Below, piece by piece: positions 28,208 to 38,400 of a stretch of DNA of 64,000 bases. The DNA is taken from contig NZ_JH719942.1 of assembly GCF_000275825.1 (NCBI RefSeq), positions 1,060,988-1,124,987 of the forward strand, read 5' to 3'. The position numbers and the translations under genes are program-made. The stretch's first letter is position 1. Each line of letters starts with the position of its first letter. This DNA comes from Saprospira grandis DSM 2844 (GTDB taxonomy: Bacteria; Bacteroidota; Bacteroidia; Chitinophagales; Saprospiraceae). Under the pieces are notes generated by a model that saw nothing but the letters and a program-made list of their open reading frames with translations, was not told where the DNA came from and did no database searches.

Positions 28208-31200
28208 TTAGCTCCCTTGTTGGTATTCATTACCACAGGTAGAAAGGGGAACGCGTTCGCCTTCTGCAGTAATAATATACAGGCGTTGGTTGCGTGGATC
28301 TCTTTCGGGATCATCGGTACCGATATATTTCTTCCATTCTTTATTAGAAAGGTTGCGGCGCACCATAGCGCAGAGTTGGCTAGCGTAGCGGAACATATCC
28401 ACCTCATAGATTTTCACTTCTCCATTAGCGCAGCCGGTAAGGACTTTTTGTCCATCATGAGTAAAGGCCACAGAGAGGACCCAATCTTCATGATCTTCTA
28501 GGCGAACGGGCTGGAACTTAGGATCTTTGAAGGGGAACTCCTCTTCATTATCATAGTTCTCATAGGCTTGATTCCAGATTTGCCAAAGTGTAGCTCTTTT
28601 ATCGAGGCTACCCACCACGAGCATAGTTCCATCATCAGAGAAGCTGAGGTCACTAATTTTGGCGCTATGATAAACCAGGCGTTCGGGAACATAGCGGTTG
28701 CCGTCTTGGTCCAGACCATTTTTATAATGGTAGATATCAAAGATGAGCAAAGAGCCATCTTGGTAGCCTACGGCAACAAATCGGCCAGTGGGGCTAATAG
28801 CTACAGCGGTAGCATTGCGTTTGTTGTAGGGGTTTTCTAGTTTAAAATCCTCTTGGCCCGACTTAATATTCCAGATAGAGACATCAGGAGATCCTCCGGC
28901 GCCAGCCACATGTTGTCCATCGGCAGAAACGGCAATAGAAGTCACTCGGTAAGGCGTACGTTCTACAATAGGAGTAACTTCTCCTTTCATATTGGTATAC
29001 TTGATACTGCGGTCATCTCCGGTAGAGATTACGGCATTGCCCGTAGGCAAGAAAGCGAGGTCCCAAACGCGGCGGCCACGGTGAACGTCTACCTTAAGCA
29101 TGCGTTCTTCTTTGGCCACATCCCAAATTTCCATATAATCTTCATCGCCAGCACGGACCAAGAACTTTCCTTCGGCACTCATATCCATACAACGATAAAC
29201 TCGGTTATTGCGGTTGCGGGTAAGCACCTGCGGAGCGCCTGCGGTTTTTTGTTCCTCTTTGCTATCAAAAACCTGTAGGGGCCATTTAAACAGCCAGCCA
29301 TCAGAACCTGTAGTATAGACTTTTTGGTCAAATTCTCCTTCTGCGGTAGAGACTACAATAGATCTCATGGCACCAAGGTGCGAGAGGCCATCAGGAGCTA
29401 CATTCAGGCTATTAAAGTCTGGGTTATCTCCTACCCCCTGCATTTTATCTATTGCCTTATAAAGGGCTTCATAGATATAGGCATCATGTTCTTTTCCCCC
29501 ATTTACCCGATTCAGCTCAAAGGCTTCTTTAGCCAAAAGTGCTTCTAGGTCGGGTTCTTCTACTTTCCAAGACTTTACGGCTACAGACTGGGCCAAAGAA
29601 AGGCCTTTTGTCATAATCGCCTTAAGGCGTTCTTCTTGGGCTCTACGTTCTGACTTCATGGCATCGCGGCGAGCTTGTTCGGCCCTGAGCTTAGCAATTT
29701 CTGCTCTTTGGCGTTCCAATTCTGCCGTATCCAGAGCGATTAGGGCCTTTGAGCGAGCCTGATTGGCGGCTCTAGACTTCAATTCAGCAATATCTGAAGA
29801 GCGAATTGCCTTTTCGGTAGCCTGACGGGCCAAGAAACTTTCTCTTTGGGCACGATTAGCATTTACCTTGGCCATATAGCGGCTCTCATTGGCTCTTTGC
29901 TTGGCTATTTCTGCCTGATAAGCAGCTAGGCGAGCCTCTTTTTCTTTGCGGCCAGCCACCTGAGCCGATCGGCGGGCACTATCTAAGGCCACACCGGCCA
30001 AGAGCAATAGAATAAGACAGATGGCCCCAAAGCCCAAAGAAAGATAAGTAATCAGCATACGGGTTTTCCGTTTGCGGTCATCATCTTCCCGCTTATCTCT
30101 AAGTTTTTTATCAGAGGCTTCATGACTTTTGAGTAAAAAGTCAATCGTTTCATCATAAGTAGTATTATACCGAGAAGCCCAAGCCTTAGTAGGCGCTAGG
30201 CGCTCAGGATGTTCCTCATCATAAGTATGCGGTTCATACCATTTGAGGCCCAAACTCAATTCGGGTTCTACCCAAAGTGCCCCCTTCCCTTCAAAGTAAA
30301 GGGCAGCGGCAGTAGATAAGCGAGTATAGGTTTCAGCGGCCTCATGCTCTTCTTCAGCCCAATGCGCCAAACGATCCCAATAAGAAATTAAGCTTTCATG
30401 CGTAATACTAATTACGGTATCTAGCTCCAAATCATCCCGATTTGGGGGCGCCTGCAAAAAGCGGCGGTCCGCCCGAGAAAAGGCCACAATAACCGGAGCC
30501 AAACTCTCTATACTTTGGTCCGTCAACTTGCAAAGCTCGCCTACAGTAGCCACCCTACGACTAGCCGAACCATCGGCATTGCGCTCAGAAAGCGCCCGAA
30601 ACATTCGTTGACAAGTAACTTTTTGCTCTTCTGTTTTCAGCTTATTATAGGCCTCCTCGGCATGCACAGAAAGTGCCTCCTTAATAGTCCCTACATTCTC
30701 ATAATGCTTAATCCCCAAAGGAAGACTAGGGTCAGAATCTACCTCTACCCAATTATCCCAGACACGCATCATCAAATGCTGCAAACGAGGCAAATCGTCA
30801 AAGTCTTCTCCAATATCGGAAATCATGCGGCTCACTAGGTCCGGAGCAATACTCGCCCCCACCGCCTTAACCGGCATAATCATCACCTTCTTGAGCTCTT
30901 CTACCTTCATTTTCGGAATCAGAAACTGCCCATCGTTAATCGCCTCCGGCAAGCCCCTAAAATCCGTACAACGTCCAATATAATCCGAGCGCATCGTCAA
31001 TACAATATAAATAGGCGCTTCGCGCTGCCTAGATGCATTGAGCAATAAATTGACAAAGGTAGCCGCATCTTCCTGAGCCGCTGAAGAAGTTTTTGCAAAG
31101 GCAAAAATCTCTTCAAATTGGTCAATGACCACCATCAAATTGGCCCGCTCTACATCCGCATCTTTATACGCGTCTACCAAACCCAAACTCCCTCGGCGCA

Positions 31201-31567
31201 AGCTTTTCTCGACAATAGCCGGATAGTTAGGGTCCATCTTACTGTCAGGGTGCAAAACCCCTCTAGAAGCCAATTGACGACTCAAGTTTCCAATCGGATT
31301 ATTGCCAGGCTGACAAACCGCAATTCGCCAACTCTGCCCTGCCTGCCCCGCAAAACCATCTTTTAGCTTGGGGACCAAGGCCGAACGAACTAGCGAGGAC
31401 TTACCTCCACCTGCACCTCCTACCAACGCCAAAAAACGATTGCCACGAATTTTACGCAACAATTCATCAAGCTGCTTATTCCTTCCGAAAAAAAGCTCTC
31501 TTTCTTTGGCCTCATAAGGGCGCAGTCCAGGATAAGGTTCCTTAGTTAAAATTTCAAAGGATGCCAT
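28208..31567 (-). CDS. STAND-type P-loop NTPase - TM helix - coiled coil - WD40 beta-propeller protein
   Basis: N-terminus PYPGLRPYEAKERELFFGR...LVGGAGGGKSSL (Walker A). TM LITYLSLGFGAICLILLLLAGVAL at ~aa 500. A/R/E/Q-rich coiled coil of about 150 aa. C-terminal WD-like repeats (...ISTGDDRSIKY.., SIWNIKSGQ, LWQIWNQ). Confidence 0.65.
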   Translation of the reverse strand: MASFEILTKEPYPGLRPYEAKERELFFGRNKQLDELLRKIRGNRFLALVGGAGGGKSSLVRSALVPKLKDGFAGQAGQSWRIAVCQPGNNPIGNLSRQLASRGVLHPDSKMDPNYPAIVEKSLRRGSLGLVDAYKDADVERANLMVVIDQFEEIFAFAKTSSAAQEDAATFVNLLLNASRQREAPIYIVLTMRSDYIGRCTDFRGLPEAINDGQFLIPKMKVEELKKVMIMPVKAVGASIAPDLVSRMISDIGEDFDDLPRLQHLMMRVWDNWVEVDSDPSLPLGIKHYENVGTIKEALSVHAEEAYNKLKTEEQKVTCQRMFRALSERNADGSASRRVATVGELCKLTDQSIESLAPVIVAFSRADRRFLQAPPNRDDLELDTVISITHESLISYWDRLAHWAEEEHEAAETYTRLSTAAALYFEGKGALWVEPELSLGLKWYEPHTYDEEHPERLAPTKAWASRYNTTYDETIDFLLKSHEASDKKLRDKREDDDRKRKTRMLITYLSLGFGAICLILLLLAGVALDSARRSAQVAGRKEKEARLAAYQAEIAKQRANESRYMAKVNANRAQRESFLARQATEKAIRSSDIAELKSRAANQARSKALIALDTAELERQRAEIAKLRAEQARRDAMKSERRAQEERLKAIMTKGLSLAQSVAVKSWKVEEPDLEALLAKEAFELNRVNGGKEHDAYIYEALYKAIDKMQGVGDNPDFNSLNVAPDGLSHLGAMRSIVVSTAEGEFDQKVYTTGSDGWLFKWPLQVFDSKEEQKTAGAPQVLTRNRNNRVYRCMDMSAEGKFLVRAGDEDYMEIWDVAKEERMLKVDVHRGRRVWDLAFLPTGNAVISTGDDRSIKYTNMKGEVTPIVERTPYRVTSIAVSADGQHVAGAGGSPDVSIWNIKSGQEDFKLENPYNKRNATAVAISPTGRFVAVGYQDGSLLIFDIYHYKNGLDQDGNRYVPERLVYHSAKISDLSFSDDGTMLVVGSLDKRATLWQIWNQAYENYDNEEEFPFKDPKFQPVRLEDHEDWVLSVAFTHDGQKVLTGCANGEVKIYEVDMFRYASQLCAMVRRNLSNKEWKKYIGTDDPERDPRNQRLYIITAEGERVPLSTCGNEYQQGS

Positions 31568-32045
31568 ACTTTATATATAGTGTTAGTCTTGGGGGAGTTT
31601 TGGCAAAATAATGTTGCCTAGTTGATTCTTCTCAGTGTAGTATGTTTTCAGCTTTAAGATAAGCGAATTATCCAGAATAATAAAACCCCTCCTTAATTAT
31701 TCCTTAAAATTCAAAGGGCCTTTTTTCTTTCTAACTTTACTTTTGTCACCTCTCCTCCTGCCCTTTTTTAGGGCCTAGCCCTAGCTCCTTACCCCCCTCA
31801 TAAAAAACAACCAAGCCAACTTGCCCCAAAAGCCCAAGCAGCAACAACAAATAAATGGTACCAAAAGTCTACCCTCAACAACTAAACGCTAAACTATTCC
31901 CCCAAAAAAAATCTATCCTTTTGCGCAAAATTTTATTTTGCCCTCCTACTTTAATTAGTATCTTAGCCCCGGAAAGCAGTATTTGCAGCCTTTCAACCGC
32001 TCAAAATACTGCAAACCAATTCTTTAAGATAAAAACTTCAGGAAT

Positions 32046-33053
32046 ATGGCTAAGCGCAAAAAAAAGCCTGCATTTTCAAAAGAACAGTACCTCTCTTGGT
32101 ACGAATTGATGTATCTCACACGCAAATTTGAAGAGCAGTGTAATATTGTATACTATCAGAAAAAAATTCGTGGATTTCTCCACCTCTGTATTGGCCAAGA
32201 AGCCATCTACGCCGCTATGCAGTCGGCCTGCAGAAAAGAAGACTCTTGGATTACCGCCTACCGCGTACACGGTATGGCCCTAGCCGCAGGCATCTCCCCC
32301 AACGAAACTATGGCCGAACTCTACGGTAAAGCCACTGGCAACGTAAAAGGTAAAGGAGGCTCTATGCACTTCTTTAATGCCGAACGCAACTTTTATGGCG
32401 GCCACGGTATCGTGGGCGGCCAAATTGGCCTCGGTACCGGACTCGCCTTTGCCGATAAGTACAAAGGCAACGATAATGTCACCCTCGCCCTCTTCGGCGA
32501 TGGCGCATCTCGCCAAGGGATCCTACACGAAAGCTTTAATATGGCCATGACATGGAAACTTCCCGTCCTCTTTATTTGCGAAAATAATAAGTACGCTATG
32601 GGAACCTCTGTAGAACGTACCTCTAATGTGACTAATCTCCACATCTTGGGCGAAAGCTACAAAATGCCCAATAAAGCCATTAACGGCATGGATGTAGAAG
32701 TGCTCCACAACGAATTGAGCGAGGCCATCAACTATATCCGCCAAGGTAACGGCCCTATGCTTATCGAAATCGAAACTTACCGCTATAAGGGCCACTCTAT
32801 GTCAGACCCCGCTAAGTATCGAACCAAAGAGGAAGAAAAGGAATATAAAGAGAAGGACCCCGTAGGCCGCATAGAACACCTTCTGCTCGATAATAAAATG
32901 ATTACGGAAGAAGAATTGAAGGAAATTCAAAATCGCCTCAAAGAAAAAGTGAAGGCCGCTGTAGACTTTGCCGAAAATTCTCCTCTCCCCCAGCCCGAAC
33001 AGTTGTACGAGGATATGTACACCCAAGAAGATTACCCTTTTATTAAGGACTAA
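32046..33053 (+). CDS. pdhA: pyruvate dehydrogenase E1 component alpha subunit
   Basis: TPP-dependent E1 alpha motifs (...HLCIGQEA...GGHGIVGGQIGLGTGLAFA...LFGDGA...ICENNKYAMGTS...). Confidence 0.85.
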   Translation: MAKRKKKPAFSKEQYLSWYELMYLTRKFEEQCNIVYYQKKIRGFLHLCIGQEAIYAAMQSACRKEDSWITAYRVHGMALAAGISPNETMAELYGKATGNVKGKGGSMHFFNAERNFYGGHGIVGGQIGLGTGLAFADKYKGNDNVTLALFGDGASRQGILHESFNMAMTWKLPVLFICENNKYAMGTSVERTSNVTNLHILGESYKMPNKAINGMDVEVLHNELSEAINYIRQGNGPMLIEIETYRYKGHSMSDPAKYRTKEEEKEYKEKDPVGRIEHLLLDNKMITEEELKEIQNRLKEKVKAAVDFAENSPLPQPEQLYEDMYTQEDYPFIKD

Positions 33054-33109
33054 ATCTCTCCCTCAGAAACCCAAAGAGCAATGGATAACTATTTCTGTTG
33101 CTCTTTTTT

Positions 33110-33283
33110 TGTTTTGGGGCCTCCGCCTCGCTTCGCTCGTCGGCGCTACGCTTTGGGGCTCGCTATTCGCTCGGCCCTGCGCAGGCTCCGCCTGCTTGGT
33201 CTGGCCTGCGGCCACCCCGCCGCATCGCTAGGCCTGCGGCCCTTCGGGCCTGTAGATCGCAAAACACCAAACCTTTGGACCAA
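33110..33283. repeat. GC-rich interspersed repeat
   Basis: ttttggggcctccgcctcgcttcgctcg...tgcgcaggctccgcctgcttggtctggcctgcggccacc... Confidence 0.6.
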
Positions 33284-33319
33284 AAAAAGAGCGACTGAAA
33301 ACTTCAGTCGCTCTTTTTA
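33282..33319. terminator. bidirectional rho-independent terminator
   Basis: AAAAAAAG-AGCGACTGAA-aa-CTTCAGTCGCTCT-TTTTA. Confidence 0.6.
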
Positions 33320-33335
33320 ATGAAATGATGTCTAA

Positions 33336-34127
33336 TTATTCATCCCCATCATCATCTAAGTTCATCGCTGTAGATTGGCCCTTAGGCATCATGCTCGTAT
33401 CATCCCAGAGCTTAGATACCCAAAAGCGAAGTACCGCCTGTTTCTTCTCTTCCTTATCCAAGTACCCGTAATTTCCAGCTGTTTTTGCTTCTAGTCTGAA
33501 ATTGTTTTCTGCGCCCGTCCAACGGAAACTGATTTTCCGCCAAAACAAACCATAGCTTGCTTTTACATGCTTGACCACCCCTTGGCCATAAGTAGCCGTG
33601 GCAATTGCATAAGTAAGGGCATACTTCGCTCTTTTCTTTCGGCCAGCAGCATGGGCAATAATTTCAAAAGCCTGAACGCCCTCCAAATCTGAAACGATCG
33701 GGTGCCAGCGGCCATCGGCAGGGATTTCTCCTTGAATAAAAGTGCCTACCCGACCATTTGCTCCAAGCATGCCATTCACCTCTAGCTTAAAATTGGGCAA
33801 AGTGGTCCCGATCCCTACATTACCTCCCTTACGTAAGAAAAGAAGGCTTTCATTTTCGCCATCATTAAAACTGAGTCCTTCACTATGTGGAGTGGGGTTC
33901 ATAGAAATGCTAAAAGAGGCCTGAGGGTCTCGGATGCTTTGATAGAAGCTCATCAAGCGCTTATTTGGGCCCTGAGTGGCCAACATAAGGCCCTCAGTTG
34001 AACTTTGGGAAAAACCATCGTCTACTTTATTGACCGTAGAGTCGATAAGGTCGGCAAAGTTCACTTCAGTGGGGACCATCCCCCTTTTGAATAAATTTTT
34101 GAGTGTGCTACGCGTGAGTAAAGCCAT
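33336..34127 (-). CDS. phage tail-fibre-like protein (candidate eCIS fibre)
   Basis: The motif GNVGIGTTLPNFKLEVNG is common in tail-fibre and collar proteins. It is the last gene of the contractile-system cluster. Confidence 0.35.
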   Translation of the reverse strand: MALLTRSTLKNLFKRGMVPTEVNFADLIDSTVNKVDDGFSQSSTEGLMLATQGPNKRLMSFYQSIRDPQASFSISMNPTPHSEGLSFNDGENESLLFLRKGGNVGIGTTLPNFKLEVNGMLGANGRVGTFIQGEIPADGRWHPIVSDLEGVQAFEIIAHAAGRKKRAKYALTYAIATATYGQGVVKHVKASYGLFWRKISFRWTGAENNFRLEAKTAGNYGYLDKEEKKQAVLRFWVSKLWDDTSMMPKGQSTAMNLDDDGDE

Positions 34128-34199
34128 TGAGTTGGATACTTTAACTTGAGCTTGTTTAAATTTTTTAGTCAGCAGCTAGACTAAGGCAAAAAAAAATGC

Positions 34200-35185
34200 T
34201 GCAAAGCGCTTATTATTGTTGATTACGACAAAAACAAAAAAAGGCTTTGCAACATGGTTGTGAATTTATCAAAAGAATTTATTACGGAAAAAATATTAGC
34301 ATTTTTTCCCGAAAAAAAATTGGCTCGAAAAACCAAAGCGCCTCTGTGGCAAATTGTTAAAGCGATAATTTATAGGCTTAAAACAGGTTGTCAGTGGAGA
34401 GAATTACCGATACAATCTTTTTTTGACGAAGTTCTAATTTGCTGGCAAACAGTATATTACTACTTCAATAGCTGGTCCGAGTCTGGTATTTGGCAAAAAG
34501 TGTGGATCCAATTTCTAGCCCATGAAAAATCTTGTTTAGATTTATCTAGTATACAGCTTGACGGAAGTCATACCCCAGCGAAAAGAGGGGGCGAAGCTGT
34601 GGGTTATCAGGGCCGAAAAAAGTCCAAAACCACAAATGCTCTCTTTCTCACAGATAAAAATGGGCTGCCAATCGCTATGTCTCCGCCTTTTGCGGGAAAC
34701 CATAATGATTTGTTTGAAATCGAGAGTCATTTCCAAAAAATGCTTGCCGATCTGCAGCTTTCAGACATCTCTCCTGATGGTTTATTTATGAATGCTGATG
34801 CAGGGTTTGATAGCAAAAAACTTAGAGAAAACTGCCAAAAAATGGGCATTATCCCTAATATTGACCACAACAAAAGAAATAGAAAAAAAGCTTATTATCA
34901 AGATATTATAGATGAGGAACTTTACAAAGAACGCTTTTCTGTTGAGCGAACTAACGCATGGATTGACGCATTCAAAATTTTACTCATTCGTTTTGAAAGA
35001 AAAGCCGACAACTGGGCGAGTCTACACTATTTAGCCTTTATACTTATTTTCCTAAAACGAAATTTTTAAACAAACTCTTAAATGTAAAGGCGGGTGAATG
35101 CCATCAAATTTAAAAAATTGTTTGGAAAAGGCGCAGTCAAAACGATTTTATAATTTAGATTTTCTTAATAACGCCTTTATTTATT
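34200..35185 (+). mobile_element. IS5-family insertion sequence (approximate ends)
   Basis: A single DDE transposase ORF with imperfect terminal inverted repeats (AAAGCGCTTATTATTG / CAATAAATAAAGGCGTTATT). It sits inside the injection-system locus. Confidence 0.45.
34254..35069 (+). CDS. IS5-family DDE transposase (DUF4096 N-terminus)
   Basis: N-terminus ...WQIVKAIIYRLKTGCQWRELP... is typical of IS5/IS1182-type transposases. Confidence 0.7.
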   Translation: MVVNLSKEFITEKILAFFPEKKLARKTKAPLWQIVKAIIYRLKTGCQWRELPIQSFFDEVLICWQTVYYYFNSWSESGIWQKVWIQFLAHEKSCLDLSSIQLDGSHTPAKRGGEAVGYQGRKKSKTTNALFLTDKNGLPIAMSPPFAGNHNDLFEIESHFQKMLADLQLSDISPDGLFMNADAGFDSKKLRENCQKMGIIPNIDHNKRNRKKAYYQDIIDEELYKERFSVERTNAWIDAFKILLIRFERKADNWASLHYLAFILIFLKRNF

Positions 35186-35191
35186 GTTTTT

Positions 35192-35395
35192 TGGGCTTTG
35201 GCGAGGCGGCGCAGCCGCCTGCGAGCGCAGCGAGCCATGGCCCAGCGCTGCGGAGTGGGTGGCCGTAGGCCAGACCGAGTTTTTTGAGCGCAGCGAAAAA
35301 AACGAAGGGCCGAGCAGGCTTGCGAGCCCCGCAGCATAGCGGCGGCCGCCCCTACTAAAAAGGGCGGCCGCGGGCCCCAAAAAATGGATCTTATA
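35192..35395. repeat. GC-rich interspersed repeat
   Basis: ggcgaggcggcgcagccgcc...gcagcatagcggcggccgcccc...aagggcggccgcgggccccaaaaaa. Confidence 0.6.
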
Positions 35396-35460
35396 GCACT
35401 AAAAAAGGCCCAAAAGTGCGTAGACTTCTGGGCCAAATCGGTTATGTTTTATACTATTGT

Positions 35461-38400
35461 TTAATCGTCTAATTCTCGTTCTTCGGTCATTACAAAGTCG
35501 CCATCAAGCATCATATTGTCTAGGCCAGCTTTGGCTGGAGACTGGAAGGCCACCTCGTCGAGGAGATAGAGTGGATTTTTCTCGAAAGGAATGAGGACAG
35601 ACCAAGGCGTGGTAGCCTTGAGCAAGGGAGAAGAAGAATTATCGATAGCGGTATCACCTACATCGAAGCCCTCGCCGCTGGGGAAGACCTGCACGGCAGA
35701 AAACTTAGTGACAAAATCGACATATTCTCTTTTTTCGATAAAGCTAAGGAGGACATCCTTCGCCATTGTGCCGCCTAATTCAAGTTCTCTTTGGCCGCCA
35801 TACATCCAGGGGCAGACAAAGTCCATAATATCCTTATTCAATTTTTTGAGGAAGGTACCGTTGTTCATACCTTTTTGGAAGCGGAGACCGCCGGCCACTT
35901 TCACTCTTTCGTAGATAGGATTACGGAGTTTGATATCGACAAAAGGCGAAGCTAGCGGGATGAGATAATCGCGGATAGCCTCTAGGGTGGCGTTATTGAC
36001 CATGGGGAGTCGGCCTTGGTGAGAAGCCTTAATTCTGGGTACAACAACGAGGACCACCTGTCCTTTTTCGATGAACTCTTCATTGCCAATATGCGTCACA
36101 CATTTAACTTGGAAGATATCGGGAAACTGGTCGAGGATAAGGCGTTCATAATCCCAGGCAGAGACGGCTCTACCTTTATGGCGGAGGCGTTCGCTGCTTC
36201 GGGTATAGAATTCTTTTTTATTTTCGCCGGGTCGGCCTTCAAAGGAGCCAAAAGGTTGTTGGACCGAGCGAATTTGGACCAATGGGCTAGCCAGATTTTT
36301 AATCTTATTGGGGGCTAATTTTTCTTCTAAGTGTTTCACCTCCTCTTCGGGGTTTCCGGCCCAGGTTGCCGAGATGGCTTGGGTAGAGAGGTGCAAAATG
36401 GTGGGCATACGGCTAGCGTCGCCACGGAGCGAGGCGCGCAGCCAGAACTTTCCTTTTTTGAAGATGGTATTATTATCTGAAATATCTCTGGGGATATCGA
36501 AAGTGATAATTCCGGAGTTATTAAAGAAATTGGTGGTATCGTTTAGGATTTGGGTTTGCGAGAACTCCTTCCATTCGTCATTAACGAGGAAGCTCCAAAC
36601 GATTTCGGCCTGTTTTGCTTCGCTGCTTCGGCCCTTCATCATAGAAAAATAGTCTTGATTTTCTTTGAGTTCGAAGTAGATAGAGAGCGTAGCGGGTGGA
36701 TTAAAATCTTTGACTCCGAGGAAGAGGTAAGCGTCTTCATCGTAGGCGGGAAGCAGAGTGGGTTTAACTGGGCGGCCTTGAGAGAAGTTGCGCATCACAC
36801 CGAAGGGGTGGATATGGAACAACTCTTCAGCCACAGCTCCAGAGCTATTTACGGTACCGATAGACATGATATTGACTTGGGCCGTAGCGGTATAGTCGAT
36901 ACTCATATTTCGGATAACGGGTGTAAAAGGTTGGTTGGGGAGTTTCTTTTTCTCCTTCGTTTTGGGGTCTGCATTATGGGCAGCCACATCGGCGTAGAGA
37001 TTGGGAAACTCATCGTGGGCGAAAGCCGAGGGCGGGTTGGTCAATTCCATGCGGAAATAGCCCGTTTGGGTTTCGCTGGTATAGGTATCAATTTGTTTAA
37101 GGTTGGCCTGAGGTTCTAGGTCAAAGAGTTTAAGGTCGATATGATTTAGGCAGGTAGTCTTACTAATGCCATGAACATTATCTTCATCTTGTTCGAAGAG
37201 GAAATACTCTTTAACATTGTTCTTATTTTTGGGGAAGAACTCCCCTTCTTGGAGGGCCGACAATTTGATTCGGTAATCTTCATTGCGGATACCGAGGCCA
37301 TATTCTCGATAATAGCCACGGAGGCCTTTTGTATTATCGGGTAGATTATGCCAATTGATATTGATTTTGAGGTTAGTCAGTTCCTTTTTGAAGAGCTCGG
37401 TTTTTCCGATAAGGAGATAAGAGCCTAGCTTTGGGGTAGGGCCAAAAGCTTGGAAAGGGATACTACCTTCTAGTTGGCCGTATTCATTGCTTAGGTTGAG
37501 GCGTTTGATTCCTTTGACTTCAACATCAATGTTAATGCGTTCTAGGCTTAGCTCTTTAAGGAAAGAGTAAGAGTAGGTCACATTTTCGTTTTTGTGGAGG
37601 ACCTTCATAACGGGAAGGCTAGTATCGAAATCGGGGCCTAAGACATTGGCATTATAGCCTACGATAGCGGGGGCATTGGCGGATACGGTAGCGAGCAGGC
37701 TAAACTCGGGGATATTCCAATTTTCTGGGGGAAGGAGTTCGCAGCTTTTGGCTTCGATCCAACCTTCTTCTCCAGAGAGGACTAACTTCAGGCTATTTTT
37801 AAAGACCTTAGAGAAGGCATCTTCTTTAGAGAGGCCTTGATTTCGGCTAATATCCTTAATCAGAAGATTTAGGGTATACATAGAAGACTTATCGAATCGC
37901 ATGCGCAACTTGATACTACGGTGGCCTTCTTCCATTTCGAGGATAGGGGCAGCCATGGCCCAGCCTACTTCGGCATAGACCATTTGGCGTTCATCGGAGG
38001 CTTTTTCGAGTAATTCTTCTCCGAAGGAGGGCCATTCCTCTTCATTATTGATAAAGCGTTTGCCTAGGCCATCTCTAGAGTTGGCGATAGGGGCGGCATA
38101 CATATTTGTGATAAGGCGATAAGAGCTCCCGATACCGATTTTGGGATTTTTGCTCACAAAAAGCGTCTTGACTTCATCTATTTTAGCTTGGTTTAGTTCT
38201 ATGCCATAATCGGTTTTATAGCGAATAGCTTTACCGTCTTCATCGACGCCAGCGTCTAGGAGTGTGCCTGCGGGCAGGAAGAAGCTATCAATATGTTTAG
38301 CTAAGTTGAAATAGACATTCACCTGATCGGGTTGCAGGCCTCTTTCTTGCATTTTGAGCACATCGTAATAATAGAAATCGAGATGCTTTTCGGTGAGGGT

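Noticed and set aside
28189-28407. 72-aa ORF overlapping the 3' end of the STAND-WD40 gene
   Set aside because: It lies in the same region as the 1119-aa gene in another frame, so it is spurious.
34254-35069. Calling the fibre-like or baseplate gene a pseudogene disrupted by the IS
   Set aside because: Both flanking ORFs are full-length with intact starts and stops. The IS lies in the intergenic gap, so only a polar or regulatory effect is plausible.
36550-37119. Antisense or embedded ORFs inside long genes (for example 36550-37119 in the baseplate gene, 41187-41708 in the spike gene, 60942-61556 in ftsH, 2526-3092 in the OmpA gene)
   Set aside because: Each lies on the opposite strand of, or nested in, a well-supported CDS and has no recognisable domains.
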